Positions 40,620 to 53,998 of a stretch of DNA of 64,000 bases are shown in pieces. Positions within the stretch are counted from its first letter, which is position 1. Each line of letters begins with the position of its first letter. Under the pieces are notes generated by a model, which saw only the letters and a list, made by a program, of their open reading frames with translations, ran no database searches and was not told the DNA's origin. The position numbers were made by a program, and so were the translations under genes. The stretch lies in assembly GCA_000934665.2 (NCBI GenBank), contig KZ538063.1:124001-188000 (forward strand), read 5' to 3'. Source of the DNA: Catajapyx aquilonaris. Taxonomy: Eukaryota.

Positions 40620-41600
40620 AAGTCACTGCCTTACAATCGCGGCTGTTTTATTATTGCGTCTCGTGGACAGTTCATTTATCCCCCTGTCTTACAATAGCGG
40701 CTACTACCATATATCGCTTCATGGGCAGCTATTTTGCGTCACTGTCTAACAATAAAGGCTATTTCCAAATAGCGTCTAATTGACAGTTCGTTTACGTTGC
40801 TGTCGTAAAATAGCGGCTATTACGAATTAGCGCTTAGTTGAAAACTATTCACGTCACTGTCTTACAACAGCGGCTATTGGCGTTAAGTAACCAGCTATTT
40901 CATGTCAGTCATACAACAGCTACTATTTTATAATCGAGTCTCGTGAACAGCTCGTTTATCCCCATGTCTTACAATAGCGGCTACTACCATATAGCGCTTC
41001 ATGGGCAGCTATTTTGCGTCACTGTCTAACAATAACAGCTATTTCCAAATAGCGTCCAATTGACAGTTCTCTTACGTTGCTGTCGTAAAATAGCGGATAT
41101 TACCAAGTAGCGCTTAGTTGAAAACTATTCACGTCACTGTCTTACAATAGCGGCTATTGCAAAAGAGCGTTAAGTAAACAGCTATTTCATGTCAGTCATA
41201 CAACAGCTGCTATTTTATAATCGCGTCTCGTGAACAGCTCCGTTTATCTCCGTCTTACAATAGCGGCTACTACCATATAGCGCTTCATGGGCAGCTACTG
41301 TACGTCACTGTCTAATAATAACAGATATTTCCAAATCGCGTCTAATGAAGTTCTTTTACGTTGCTGTCGCCTAATAGCGGCCATTTCCAAAGAGCGTGTA
41401 GTAAACAGCTATTTCACGTAGCCGTCTTACAATAGCGGCTATTTTATAATCGCGTCTTGTGAAGAATTAGTTTACCTTCATGTCTCACATAACGGCTACT
41501 ACCATGTAGCACTTAGTTGACAGCTGTTCAAGTCTTACAATAGCGGCTGTTTTCAAATCGCTGTTAGTGGACAGCACTTTCGCGTCACTATCTTATAATA
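40620..41600. repeat. Satellite: ~40-bp subunits (cttacaatagcggcta) in ~280-bp higher-order units
   Basis: cttacaatagcggctactaccatat..gcttcatgggcagcta at 40688, 40968, 41254. Confidence 0.92.
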
Positions 41601-41616
41601 ACCGCACCAGTATTGT

Positions 41617-41796
41617 CCGTCATGTGGTCATGCCAGGCACGGTATGTCGCATTGCCCGATAATTGTGAGAGTGAAGTCAGTGAACAAGCCGTGCGCTTAT
41701 TGTGGGTATTGTATACGCCAAGAATGCTGTCCGTCTTGTGCGCCGCAGGCCAACGAACGTTATTGTGGCCTTGCCAACTTGCTATGGTAACCCGTT
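41617..41796 (+). mobile_element. Family H repeat copy
   Basis: tgccaggcacggta..gcgcttattgtggg..gcgccgcaggccaacgaacgttattgtggc..gctatggtaac. Confidence 0.85.
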
Positions 41797-41843
41797 GACA
41801 TTTTTTTTACCTAAATTCCTTCTGATATGACTTGTAAAGAAAA

Positions 41844-41944
41844 CGAGTGGAATTTTCGTACAACCGCTAGTTACTGCTACCTTAGCAGTACCAGTGTTTG
41901 GCAGTGGTACTGCTAAGTTAGCAGTGGGACGAAAATTCGACCCA
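41844..41944. mobile_element. Small foldback element
   Basis: gaattttcgt/acgaaaattc outer arms and actgctaccttagcagtacca/tggtactgctaagttagcagt inner arms. Confidence 0.6.
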
Positions 41945-42180
41945 TATTATTTTTTAACATAAAGAGACTTGAGAGGCTGCGGGACCTACATGTGTTTCGC
42001 CACAGCCTGTGACGTCAAGTCTTGCTGCACCGGACATGTGGCATAATCAGGACTTCGTGAGCGACATGAGACGTCACCGGACTGACGTGTGACATGCTTG
42101 ACCTGACAGCGGCTCGTCTGATGCGACATGCGGGCTCTTACATGTGTATACAAATGTCACTGTCACAAGTTCTAGCGAGG

Positions 42181-42250
42181 CGTACCATATCTCTCACATA
42201 GATGGCTAACTAATGCCACTCTCAGGGTCGTGCCAGGAGTAGTGGCGCAT
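42181..42250 (+). mobile_element. Family A repeat copy
   Basis: gtaccatatctctcacatagatggct..tgccactctcagggtcgtgccaggagtagtgg. Confidence 0.8.
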
Positions 42251-43079
42251 ACCAAACTCGTTGGAAATTCCGGTTGCTTCAAGTGACATTCATGCAGCAG
42301 GGCTCCCGAATTTGGCACTAAACGCTCCAACTTCGGGTCCAAAAATTACCCGGATTTATGTTCGCCTCGGGAGTTTCTGCCCCTCTCCTGCCCCCCGAAA
42401 GCTTCATTTCTCTCAATGCACCTGTGACCGGTTCTTAACCCGGATCCAATTTTGGAGGCCTTAAAACACGTTCAAAATTCATCCGGGTTGGTGTATAAAA
42501 CTGGGCCGATTAATAATACAGTACATGGTCGCAACAATGCGGATGGGATACCCCCGACTGCAAACACACAAAAACCGCATCCGAAACTGTAAACTGTAAT
42601 TTTCGAAAGCTTAACATTGTTTCCACGCGTTTAAATGTTGCCACATGAAAGGCGGCAGGAATTAATGGCCGATTTTGGAAAAACAAAAGCCTCGGTTTTA
42701 TCATATGTATTTTTTTTCCTGGTGTTGTCGTGCACACCGGTTTGATGATTATGTTGCGTTAATTACAGACCAGGCCTAATGAAGCCTGCAGGGAACCAGA
42801 GTCTGCCAGATTGGTCCATGTCGCTACGTCCGTCAGACCGTGAGTTTCAGTCACTCTCGATCCATCATCAAAGTTGGGACCTGTGTCCGGAAAAGATGGG
42901 GGGTTGGCAACCATGGATCGTACCCGGATTTTAACATATGTAGTTACATGCACCTGTTGCATAACCAATAAAATTATGGGATTACACCATGTGTCATAAT
43001 TCAGCTCACGATTGGACATGGAAGGGCGGAAATGAACTTTTGAAGCTCTCTCTCTCTGTTGATGCATCTGTATAGCTTT

Positions 43080-43264
43080 TGGGTGACCGCGCCAGTTCTG
43101 GCCGTCTTGTGGCCCTGCCAGGCACGGTCCCATTTCCACCTATAATTTTAGTTTGCTGCAATAGTAACAAGTTGAGCGCTTATTGTGGGTTACATATATA
43201 CGCCAACAATGCTGCCCGCGTCTTGAGCGCCGCAGGCCAACGAACGTTATTGTGCCATTTTGAC
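43080..43264 (+). mobile_element. Family H repeat copy
   Basis: gggtgaccgc..ccctgccaggcacgg..gcgcttattgtggg..cgcaggccaacgaacgttattgtg. Confidence 0.85.
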
Positions 43265-43299
43265 ATAAATTCACCTTATCACCCGGTATTTTGCCTATA

Positions 43300-43618
43300 C
43301 AGGGTGTTTCAACTTTTTTGTTTGAACAGTTATCGGAAAATTGCACGTAGCTGCTACTTTGTAGGCAGTGACTTGCAACCGGTGATTTATCGGAGGAATG
43401 GGGAACGGGGAAAAAGAGTGTCACACATCCCATGGCATGTGTGACCCTCTTTTTTCCAGGCTTGACCCTCAATTTTCAGCGGGCAGCACGTATGCCACTT
43501 CAACCTACGATTCTCCGTTTCTCCGAAAAATTACCGTTTACAAGTCACTACTTACAAAGTAGCAGCTACGTGCAATTTTTTCCGATAACTGTTCGGACAA
43601 AAAAGTTGAAACACCCTG
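43300..43618. mobile_element. MITE family C, longer copy, TA TSD
   Basis: TA|cagggtgtttcaactttttt...aaaaaagttgaaacaccctg|TA. Confidence 0.92.
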
Positions 43619-43632
43619 TATATGAATTTTTA

Positions 43633-43843
43633 TGAGTGCAACCGAGCGCGCAACACAGTTCGCGCAAATTGTTTCCAATACTACGCCTGAGGTGGTAACA
43701 ATATGGACGACTTTTGCGATGTTGCCAAGTCCCTGGAACGAACCTGAGAGGCTAACTAACGGTGTTAATTCGGCCCCTGATGAGTAATTATTGTAGCAAC
43801 GTTGTTGTCAGTACAATGGACTTGCGCGAGCAGGTTGCGTTCA
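43633..43843. mobile_element. MITE family G
   Basis: TA|tgagtgcaaccgagcgcgca...ggttgcgttca|TA; reverse homologue of 33131-33330. Confidence 0.85.
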
Positions 43844-43871
43844 TAAAAAAACTCCCGTTTGTTAGTCATAA

Positions 43872-43951
43872 ACCAGGTGGATGTAGTACCACTCCCCCTC
43901 AGAAGTGGCAGGAGTGTGCGCCATATATGCGAGGGGTATGGTACTACGTAG
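43872..43951 (-). mobile_element. Family A repeat copy
   Basis: aggtggatgtagtaccactccccctc agaagtggcaggagtgtgcgccatatatgcgaggggtatggtactacg. Confidence 0.8.
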
Positions 43952-45319
43952 TTGTCAAGTATACCAAATTATGTCGTAGCAGCCTAGTTCAGCTGCAAAA
44001 ATTCCCAGCATTTTTTGGGGTCGAGCTCCATAGTTCCAGTACTATGAACTACGTAGACAAAAAAAGAGGGAGTCATGCGATTGGCCCGTATTAGCTGCGG
44101 CCGCAATGCACATTTACCGGAAAGCTCCATTAATTAGTAGCTATAGAGGAGCTCCGTCGACAAAAGGTTGCCAACAGGCAGAGTTCACTAGATGAATGTG
44201 AAAGATAGATGGCGACACTAATAATTGATGGCCGTGATTGTTTCCGGATGGGTGGGGGTAGAGAGGAGGGTTTCGATGCTCACAATGCATTTGGCGGGGA
44301 ATTGTGTTTGACCGCAGCTTTTCGATTAACGCGATGGCTGCGGACAAACAGACCGGGGAACACACACAGAGAGAGCAGCAGACACTCCAAACCACCTGAC
44401 AACACTAGGGGCTGGAAATGGGGGGTGGGAAAGCGGGGAGAGGGAAGGAACAATCTGGAGGTTGCTAGTCAAAGTCACGTCTCAAACTTATCGGGATTCT
44501 TTCTTTTCAGACGAAGCAACGCCATTGTTTGTTTCAGATTTATCACTGGAAGTCACGTACAAGTAAGGTAGCAGGAAATTAGCAGCAAAAAAGCCGTATC
44601 TCCATGGTAGTGTAGATGCGACTTTTTTCCGTATGACGTGTTTGATGCCTTTCAGAAGCATTAAGCGGGTGGAACGGAGTCGGTAGTATCGTTAGGACCA
44701 GACGGTTGCAGCCGGATGACGAGGGCCAATCGGATGGCGCCACCATCATTCATTTTACCCTGGGCTGAGTCCCGTGTATGGGCTGTCAGATGAGACATAT
44801 TCAAGACCATCCCTCTCCTCATGTGGTGCAATGTTTCAGTGCCAATTTCAGCTCGGATCTGAATCGATACACGACACCCTCCATTCCCCCTACCCCCTAC
44901 CCCCACTACAAATTGCACGGCCCATTGATATTGTAGCAAACCTTCACGGCCCACAAGCAGGTTTTACACACTTGCAACAACTGACAAAGCTATCCATCAT
45001 CCGATTAGTCCATCCTCTCTTGCACACAAAAAACCCTCCCTCCCACTGGCTCCACCTACCGTAAATCATTCACACCCCTAACCCCCCTAGAAATTCATCC
45101 ACGCCGATCCTCACCGCAGATAACGATGATGACTATTTCCCATTGCGAATTTTAAAGGGTGGGGGGGGGGGGGGGNGGGAGACAAAATCCGGATTTTTCA
45201 TCCATCAACCATCTGGCAACAATGGCGCAATCTGGCAACTGTGTGTCTGCCTACTGATCTGGGAACATTGCAGACTTTCCATCATCTGGCAACACTGAAA
45301 GAGCGACAAGCACTACTAC

Positions 45320-46030
45320 TACTAATAATAATCGTCGCTATTTATGGAAAAACTGCTACCAATCACTTCCACATCTGGAACTACTGCTACTATATAATCA
45401 CTGTTGCATAGGAATAACTGTTGCCAATCCCTGTTATAGAAGAAAAACTGCTATTGATCACCATCTTATAGTTACAACGTTATAACCATACAACAATGAT
45501 CAATGGCAGATTTCGTATATAACAGTGATTAGCAATAGTTCGTCCCATAAAAAGTGATTAGTAGAATTTGTTCCAGATGTGATTATAAGAACTTACTTGT
45601 ACGGTATAACTTATAATCACATCAGGAAACACTATTACTAATCACTGCTACCAAGAGCTCTTGCTGCTACTAATCACTTTATGGGACGAACAACTGTTGC
45701 TAATCACAGTTATAAACTGCTACTAATCGCTGTTATATAGGAATGATAATAACTGTTGCCATCACTGTTATACAGGCCGAAACTGTTACTATAATCATTA
45801 TCATATAGGAAAATCGTTCCTGACCTAATCACGGTCTTATATGAATAACTGTTACTAACCACTGTTATAGCTACAACTGCTACAAATCGCGGTCTTATAT
45901 GAATAACTGTTACGAACCACTGTTATAGATATAACTGATACGAATCACTGGAATCTGGAATCGATGCTACTTAATCACTTACTATTTATTGCTTCATCTA
46001 GAATCACTGCAACTATAATCACTGCTATAC
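45320..46030. repeat. Degenerate AATCACTGYTA array
   Basis: Many atcactgtta/aactgctact units; similar blocks at 46710-46950, 48795-49045 (reverse) and 56400-56930. Confidence 0.7.
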
Positions 46031-47339
46031 AGTATATGCAACAGTGTTTCTGCGCAGTTACTGATCTGGTAACACTGCAGGCGGGGTCAGGCCTTGACCA
46101 GCAGGCCAGGCCAGGAGTTTTTTTCCCCGGCCCAGGCCCAGGCCGGCTAAAATTAAAACGTCATTTTGGTGGGCGTGAATGGGCCTCGGGGCGACATCAA
46201 CAAGCCCGGTCCTTAAAAAATTCACGCCCCTCCCGGGTCAGTCCCGTCCACGAGAGAAGGGTGGGGGTTGGGGGGGTATTGTATCTGGAGGGGGGTGAGT
46301 ATGTGCACATACCCCCCATTCGCAAATTAAAAGAGGCGTGGCTTATACCCACCCTCTGATCCGCCCCATTATACTCAGCATGTTGCCTCAGATTGGAATT
46401 ACAATCATGAATATCAAATTTTGCTTCAAAAATATGGAGTCGCTCGGCCACGCATATCATCAACTAGGGAGGGTGGGTCACAAAAAAAATAAAACATGGT
46501 GGGGGCAAAGTCATATTTGCCTCCCTCCCTGTAAGTTCTCCGGGGGTATTTTCAGTGATTGCGCTCAACCGAGCGTGTAATCACTAATGGCTGGATATTG
46601 CGCCTCGTATCAACCAAAGTCATATTTTAATGGGAAAAATTAGGTGGTCAACAACTGGCCAGTTGTAGAGTTCTTGGCCAAAAACTTGTGTACAGTACAC
46701 CGTCCAGCTATATCACTGCTATATCTGTAATCGCTGCTAGTCACAGCTATTTATAGAATCACTGCTACTATTAGCCACTACATGGAATCACTGTTACTAG
46801 TCACAGCTATATAGAATCACTTACTAGACACAGCTATTTATAGAATCACTGTTACTAGTCACAGCTATATAGAATCACTGCTACTATTAACCACTACATG
46901 GAATTACTGATATTAATAACTGCTACTAATCACTGTTAGCTCTAAAATAGCAGCTAATCGGAAATCGTCATTTTGATCACCCAGTCCTAAAACTTCGCCT
47001 TGAATTAGACCTATCCGGCCCAGTTCGTACTTGATTTGGCACAAACTGGCACGGAACAGAACGGATTGGACTGTTCACACGAGTCGAGTTGCCAGTCCGT
47101 TCCGTTCTCTCCGCTTCCCTCAAACCGTGCCAATCAACAGGCTGAATGGTGCGGTGTGCAACAAAAGGGGACCCTCCTCGTCAGACGCCAATTAGCTGTA
47201 CAAAAGGTATTAATTAATTAGACCGAGTTCCTGATCAGATCCGTCATTGGGATCGCGATCCCCCACTGAGCTGCCAAGAGAGCGACGCAGAACGGGAGTG
47301 AATGGTTGGCTCAATGGCACGGAAATTCCGGGATGTCGT

Positions 47340-48045
47340 GGATAGTCCAGAGATAGTCTGCGGTAGTCCCACGAGTCTAAAGTTAGTCCATGATTAATCA
47401 ACGGTAGGCTACTCCAAGAGCAAATGACGCGGGTTCAGTTAGTCCAGGGTAGTCCACGGGCAGTCAATGGCTAGTCCAAGGAAAATCCCACGTTTAATAG
47501 TCCACGGTGTTCTCAAGTAGTTCAAATTAAGTCCACACTTATTCCACAGTAGTCGAAAGATAAGAGATGATAGTTCACTGTTATTCCACGGCTAGTTCAA
47601 AGTTAGTCCACGGTAGTTTGAGGATAGTCCGGGGTTAGTACTGCCAGACCGTAACTCAATATCCACTTCCCTTTGCGGCAAGAAAAGAAAGCAGTGTTAC
47701 CGAAAGCATCCAACAGGTGGAGTTGGGGTGCTCGTTCCTTTTTTCCCACCTACTCCGACACCACCTCTTGGATGCTATCGGTAACACTTGCTTTCTTTTC
47801 TCGCCGCTAGGGAAGTGGATATTGAGTTACCGTGTTCTTCGATCTGACGGCTGTGTAGCCTATGCCTACAAGTTTAGTCGAAGTTTAGTCCAATGCTAGT
47901 CCAAGGTTAGTCCACGGTTATCTCAGGATAGTCCGGAGTAAGTACAAGTTTAGTCCACAGCTAGTCCAAGGTTAGTCCTGGTAAGTCCAATGTGGTGCAA
48001 GGTTAGTCCAATCAAGTCCGGGTTAGTCCACGGTAGTCCAAAATA
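47340..48045. repeat. TAGTCCA-based short-period array
   Basis: tagtcca recurring at about 10-12-bp spacing. Confidence 0.8.
47641..47853. mobile_element. Foldback element F inserted in the TAGTCCA array
   Basis: gtaactcaatatccacttccc..aagaaagcagtgttaccgaaagcatccaa / ttggatgctatcggtaacacttgctttctt..gggaagtggatattgagttac inverted arms. Confidence 0.85.
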
Positions 48046-48672
48046 GCACGATCTCATTCGGTGTACGCGAAAATAGTGAGTATTAAGCCCTATTACTGCG
48101 CCAAATAGCGGACCAGGTCAGGTTTCCTCGGCCCCGTGTAAACGCCTCTAACATACAGGCCAGCTTCTGTACCCGGCCCAGGTGGTGGGAAGTACGCGTC
48201 GGATCGATCCTCGCCAGGCAGGCAGCCTGGCAGGAAAATGAATGTACGGCAGTACATCTGTCATAAACGGGGCCGTACGTACCAAAAGTGGGTCCGAAAT
48301 AAACCGTTGGGCAGTAGGTAAACGTCTGGAGCTGGACTCGTTTGGGCCAGGACTTATTAGTTAATCAGTGAGTTGGAGGCAGGCTTGGCTCAACAGCAGC
48401 AGTTGCTGGTGAAGGCCGACAGATGGCGCTCTCTTAACGGCCCTGGGGTCAAATCAAGAGATGGCTTAATAGTAATTAAGCACTTGGGGAAGCTGGGGGG
48501 AAATGGACTGGTGCTGCCTCCCATTTGACGCTCCAACCAAAGTCGGCGGCTATGATTGATCGGACCACTAGGACGCTAGATGGCTCTAGCTAACAGCCAA
48601 CAAGGCGCCTTTTTTGCGCCCTTAAGGGGGGGGGGGGTCATCAACGGGTCGTTTTGAAGAGACTGCTCAGCT

Positions 48673-49110
48673 CAGCTAGGTACAGCACGTAGTACCACGA
48701 TTCCTCGCACAACACTGAGAGTGGCAGGACCAGCTCCCTGACACTCCTACCCCAGCCTTGTGGAAACCCCCGTGAGCTTAGCTCGTTTCCTCCTTCCAGT
48801 GATTACTAACTGCTACTCAAATTTCAATAACTAACTGCTATTTAACAGCAGTGATTGCCATTGCTATCCAAAAATATCAGTTACTATCAGCTGCTATTTG
48901 TAGCAGTGATTACCAATTGCTATTGTAGCAGTGATTACTACTGCTATCCAAAATATCAGTTATTTCTAGTGGTTATTTTAGTACTGATTACTATTTCTGT
49001 CCAAAGCATCAGTTATTATCAACTGCTACTTGAAACTGCTACTGAAAGGGGTGGCCGTGGTGTGGCCAACACGTGGATGCGCCATCTATGTCAGGGGTGT
49101 GGTACTATGG
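48673..49110 (-). mobile_element. Family A copy split by a ~340-bp insert containing a TAGCAGTGATT array
   Basis: cagctagg..acgtagtaccac..ctgagagtggcagga (to 48729); atgcgccatctatgtcaggggtgtggtacta (49077-49107). Confidence 0.7.
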
Positions 49111-50479
49111 TCATCCTTAAAGAATATCTCGGTTTCTCTACCACTACCTAACTGACCGTGCCTAGTCGCCGTGTTTATGGCAAGGTGATATGAAGGGCAT
49201 GCAAAATAAGCGTCCTTTCTCTTCACTTTTAGCATATAATTTTCCAAGCTGCGATAATTCGATTAGCGTCGCCAGGCGGGGCAAGACTCGCTGGAACGAA
49301 ACCATCTAAATGAATTGACGGCGGGTTGGATATTAGAAGGCTTCATTTCCATTCAAAATGGCGTCGGGTGAGAGCACTTCCCAGACCATTTAACGACTGA
49401 CCCCTTCTAAGTGCCAAAGGGTTCAAAGAAACTCCAATAATTAGTTGATGGNGGGGGGGGGGGCGACCGAGGCGACACTAACTTCAGCTTATTTCACAAG
49501 TGGAATGGTCTGCTGTGATTAACTCGTCTCATTACGCCAATCACTGGGGCCAAAGACGTCACCCATGAATATCGATATAGCGCGGAAGGGAATATCGATA
49601 CATGTGAAGGCGGGTAGTTTGAAAAATAATGGAGCCTCCATGAGACTGAGACTATAACTGAGACTGACTATGGGACTCGTGGCTACTATAGTAGCTACGA
49701 GGAGCCAGACCTGTTTGCTGTGTACTGGCTTCAGCTAACTCCCATGTTTATGGGGCGGAGTAATGACATTGAACCCCACCCAGGCAGTTACAAGAGGGGT
49801 TGTAACTTGCAACAACCTTCCAAAAGAATACCAGTAACCAGCAAGGCAGCCGTCCGTATTTTCCTTTTGAGACTTGGGCCAAGTCACGCCCAAGACATTT
49901 CTCTCTGAAATTGGAACCAAAAGATGGAGAATCCCTTTCCCTCCCAACCAAGAACCAACCATTGTCGACTCATCTACACACAAAAAAGGGTAGGGGGAGG
50001 GGGGGGGGGTTGGAATTATACACAACCATAAAAAGAGAAGTGAATTCAGGGGCCTCCCAAAAGAGTTTGGGGCTGAAAAGCAGGAGACACTGAGCGATGG
50101 ACACTAGATCCTCCCTGTTCGCCTTTGTGCTCCATTTATATGGCTGCCTTTTGTTTCATTCCTTTCCCTTTTTCCACCCTCGTCAAAAGAGCCTGCACGC
50201 TACGGACATGTTACGCACGCCAAAGGACCTTATCGCTTCACATGTGTCTACAGGGTGGTGCACGGCTACAGTCATCAGGAAATGGCTACTTGTTATTCGC
50301 ACCAGGAGCTGTGTTTACTACAATCTGAGTCGGAACCAGTGTTTTGGAGCTCATTTTAGCGTGAACGGACGAATGCGGTGCGAGAATCATCTTGTCGCTC
50401 ACGCTCGTGATAATTGGTAACAAAAGCGAGAAGACACCTTCACGGTCTTGCTAAAAAAGTCTCACATTTACTCTAAAAC

Positions 50480-51200
50480 TTGTTCACGCTCACGCTTTTG
50501 TTCAAGCACAAGTTCACAATTTTGTTCTCGCTCACTCTCAAGTTCTCGCTCAATTAGACTACGCAGTTTTGTTCTTGCTCATGCTCACTCTCATCATGAT
50601 GTCGATCTTGTTTACTATTTCGTTCTAGGAGGCTATCCCTCACGCTCAAGTTCACGCTCTCTCTGGCTCTCGTTCATGTTCAGGCTTTCGTTCTCGCTCA
50701 AGTATACAATTATTTTGTTCTCGCTCACGCTCATTCTCTTGTTCTCGTTCACGCTTTTGTTATAGCTTCTAGCTCACCCTCACGGTTCTGACTCAGACTC
50801 ACTCTGTCGGTCTCGTTCACGCTCAAGTTCACTCTTACATTCATATTTATTCCCACGCTCTCGTTCACCCTTTCGTTCTCGCTCACGCTCAAGTTCACGT
50901 TCTCGCCCACGCTCAAGTTCACGCTTACATTAATACTTATTTCCACGCGCTCGTTCTCGCTCACGCTCAAGTTCACGCTCTCATTCTCGCTCACGCTCAA
51001 GTTCACGCTTTTGTTCTCGCCCACGCTCAAGTTCACGCTTACATTCATACTTATTCCCACGCTCTCGTTCACGCTTTCGTTCTCTCTCACGTTCAAGTTT
51101 ACCCTCACATTCACGCTTACTCCCACGCTTTTGTTCCAGCTCACCCTCACGGTCTCGTTCACACTCACTCTGAAGCTCTCACTCACACTACGAACCATAC
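50480..51200. repeat. Degenerate hexamer-based array (ctcacg/ttcacg/ctcaag)
   Basis: ttctcgctcacgctcaagttcacg repeated; produces spurious S/V/N-rich and T/L/F-rich ORFs. Confidence 0.88.
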
Positions 51201-52004
51201 GAAATATTCTCTCCAACTTGCGAACACGCTCGCATTACTATAGCGAGAAATTCTTCACCCCCCCCCCCCCCCCCCCTCCCNGGACTGTAGACTTATCCAT
51301 AGCGCTCTACAGTGTATTTATGGAATGGAATGACCGATACCACAGAGAGGATTATTTAATTGAAAATATTTCCAGCGATTGCAGAAGCCGCATTTCTTTT
51401 TTTAAATATAAATATGATTCATCCCCAAATCTAGGCCCCGCTTTTGACCCACCTCCCCTCCTCCTCCACCGCACACACAGTTTACGGAGTGTATTGCAGG
51501 TTGTAAATCGTTGCCTCTTCAAACAGTGTAAAAGCCGGATTATGTCCCCCGGATCATCCCCAGCACACAATCCAACATCAGCCGCGTTTATGATATTCCA
51601 AACAATAAGGCCAGATCACTGCTCCCTGCCTCTAGCAATGCGATTTTTTTTCTATGAAAAAAAGCGAGCGAATTATCCCAAAAAAGCAATTTTTTTAAGC
51701 ATTTGAGGTCGATTCAGTGGGAATTCCCTAGAGCTTTTCATCAAAAAAAAAAAAAAAAAATCCTGGGGTATGTGAAGTACACAATACCGTTTGGTATCGG
51801 GACTCAAATAGGGAGAGGGGGCTGTTTGTCAAGAGGAATAATTATTCACAAAAGAGGCCGGCTCTGCTTGGAATACAACGAAAATGGTTTGCAAAATTTC
51901 CGAACAATTCCAGGGAATCAAGTTTTTGCTAGAAATAGCACTAAAATGTAGTTCGACTTTTTTTTTTTTTTTTTTTTTGCGAATGTACGTGGTGATGGAT
52001 ATGT

Positions 52005-52234
52005 GTTGGTATCATATGTATGGCATTGGGGTGACCTCACCAGTTCTACCCATCTTTTGACCCTGCCAGGCACGGTACGTCGTATTTTCCCGATAATAAT
52101 TATCATTAAATTCGAGTGTTAACGAGATGAGTGCTTATTGTGGGTTGTGTATACTCCCACAATTCTGTCCGTACTGTACGCTGCAAGCCAACGAACGTTA
52201 TTGTGGCTTTGCCAATATGCCATGGCAGGCAGTT
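52005..52234 (+). mobile_element. Family H repeat copy
   Basis: gggtgacc..ccctgccaggcacggtacgtcg..gcttattgtggg..gccaacgaacgttattgtggctttgcca..gccatggca. Confidence 0.85.
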
Positions 52235-52924
52235 GCCATTTTCACCTACGAGTAAATTTTATCACCACTCGTGAGCTCTGTTTAGTTGGATAGTGCACCA
52301 CAATTAAACTGATTTCTCAAAGTGTTAGCTTTTGAAATAATTAGCAGTGCACAACCAATTGCAATAATTAGTAGTCGTTGTCAATTGAACGTCCGTCACA
52401 CGTTCTGCATAAAAATTTCGGCGACACTTTCCGATTGGCACGATCCGCAACAAAATATTTGACTGAAAAAGTGTGTGTTCGATGTGGCATGGTCCAAATC
52501 GCGCGTTTGACACCGGCCAATTAACGTTTTGTAGAATTAATTATTATAATTGGGGCGGGCCATAGCTTGTAAAATAAAACTGACCCCCCCCCCCCATCAC
52601 CATCCCCTACTACCCCATCCAAACTCATTTGAATGTTTGTCTTTGTAAATTGGCCCGTGATGTCCGAGTCAATATTTGGCCTGGTTAATATAATAAAACG
52701 TTTAAAAAATATTGCAAACTAACCCGCACAATATAATTGCGGGCTTGTTAAGCCTCAGCCATCCAATGGCCACCATTCATACCAGGGAACAATTCATTAA
52801 CCCTATTTAAATCGCTGAAATATTTAAATATTATGTACAGTAATTTGTGAAATCTTTCGTGTAAATCCACTGCAATTTTAACCAGCTCTCTAAGACCCCG
52901 TTATTTTAAGCATCTGCATAGAAC

Positions 52925-53850
52925 AAGTAGTTATTTAAAGTAGTTATTTTAAGTGGTTATTTATTAAGTAGTTATTTATTAAGTAGTTATTTTAAGTGGT
53001 TATTTATTAAGTAGTTATTTATTAAGTAGTTATTTATTAAGTAGTTATGTTAAGTAGTTATTTATTAAGTAGTTATGTTAAGTAGTTATTTATTAAGTAG
53101 TTATGTTAAGTAGTTATGTTAAGTAGTTATTTATTAAGCAGTTATAAGTAGTAGTTATTTGAAGCAGTTATTTATTGAACCGTTATTATCAGTAGCTATT
53201 TATCAGCAGTGATTCATTAAGCAGCTATTTATTAAGTAGTAATGTATAAAGTTGTTATTTATAAGTAGCTATTTATCAGTTATTATTATTAGTTATCTAC
53301 CAATTATTATTAGTAGTTATCTATCAGTTATTATTAGTAGCTATCTACCAGTTATTGTTAGTAGCTATCTACCAGTTATTGTTAGTAGCTATCTACCAGT
53401 TATTGTTAGTAGCTATCTACCAGTTATTGTTAGTAGTTATCTGCCAGTTATTGTTAGTAGCTATCTACCAGTTATTGTTAGTAGTTATCTATCAGTTATT
53501 ATTAGTAGCTATTTGTCAGTTGATATTTTTAGTAGCTTTTATCAGCTGATATTATGTAGTAGCTTTTATCAGTTGATATTATGTAGTAGCTATTTATCAG
53601 TTGATATTATTTAGTAGCTTTTATAAGTTGATATTATGTAGTAGCTATTTATCAGTTGATATTATTTAGTAGCTTTTATAAGTTGATATTATGTAGTAGC
53701 TATTTATCAGTTGATATTATTTACTAGCTTTTATCAGTTGATATTATGTAGTAGCTATTTATCAGTCGATATTATTTAGTAGCTTTTATCAGTTGATATT
53801 ATTTAGTAGCTTTTATCAGTTGATATTATTTAGTAGCCATTTATTAAATG
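52925..53850. repeat. Compound minisatellite (AAGTAGTTA units, then 24-bp units, then ~26-27-bp units)
   Basis: (aagtagttatttatt)n; (agttattgttagtagctatctacc)n; (agttgatattatktagtagct..)n. Confidence 0.92.
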
Positions 53851-53998
53851 CGGTTATTTCCTGTTTGAACCAGTTCATGCTCATTTTATTAGCTTATTAT
53901 GCCTTAGCTGCTACTTTGTAATGGTGGGGATTAGTCTATGCCAATTTCGTTTCAGCAGCTAAGCTAATTCGGGCTAATTGGCTTCTCCTTGCCTACAT

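Noticed and set aside
50749..51706. Longest ORFs in the track (155 aa minus, 231 aa plus)
   Set aside because: They are translations of a stop-poor hexamer array and a poly-C/N tract, with no domain features.
53252..53614. ORFs with SSYLPVIV / LLVAIYQL repeats
   Set aside because: Translation of a 24-bp minisatellite.
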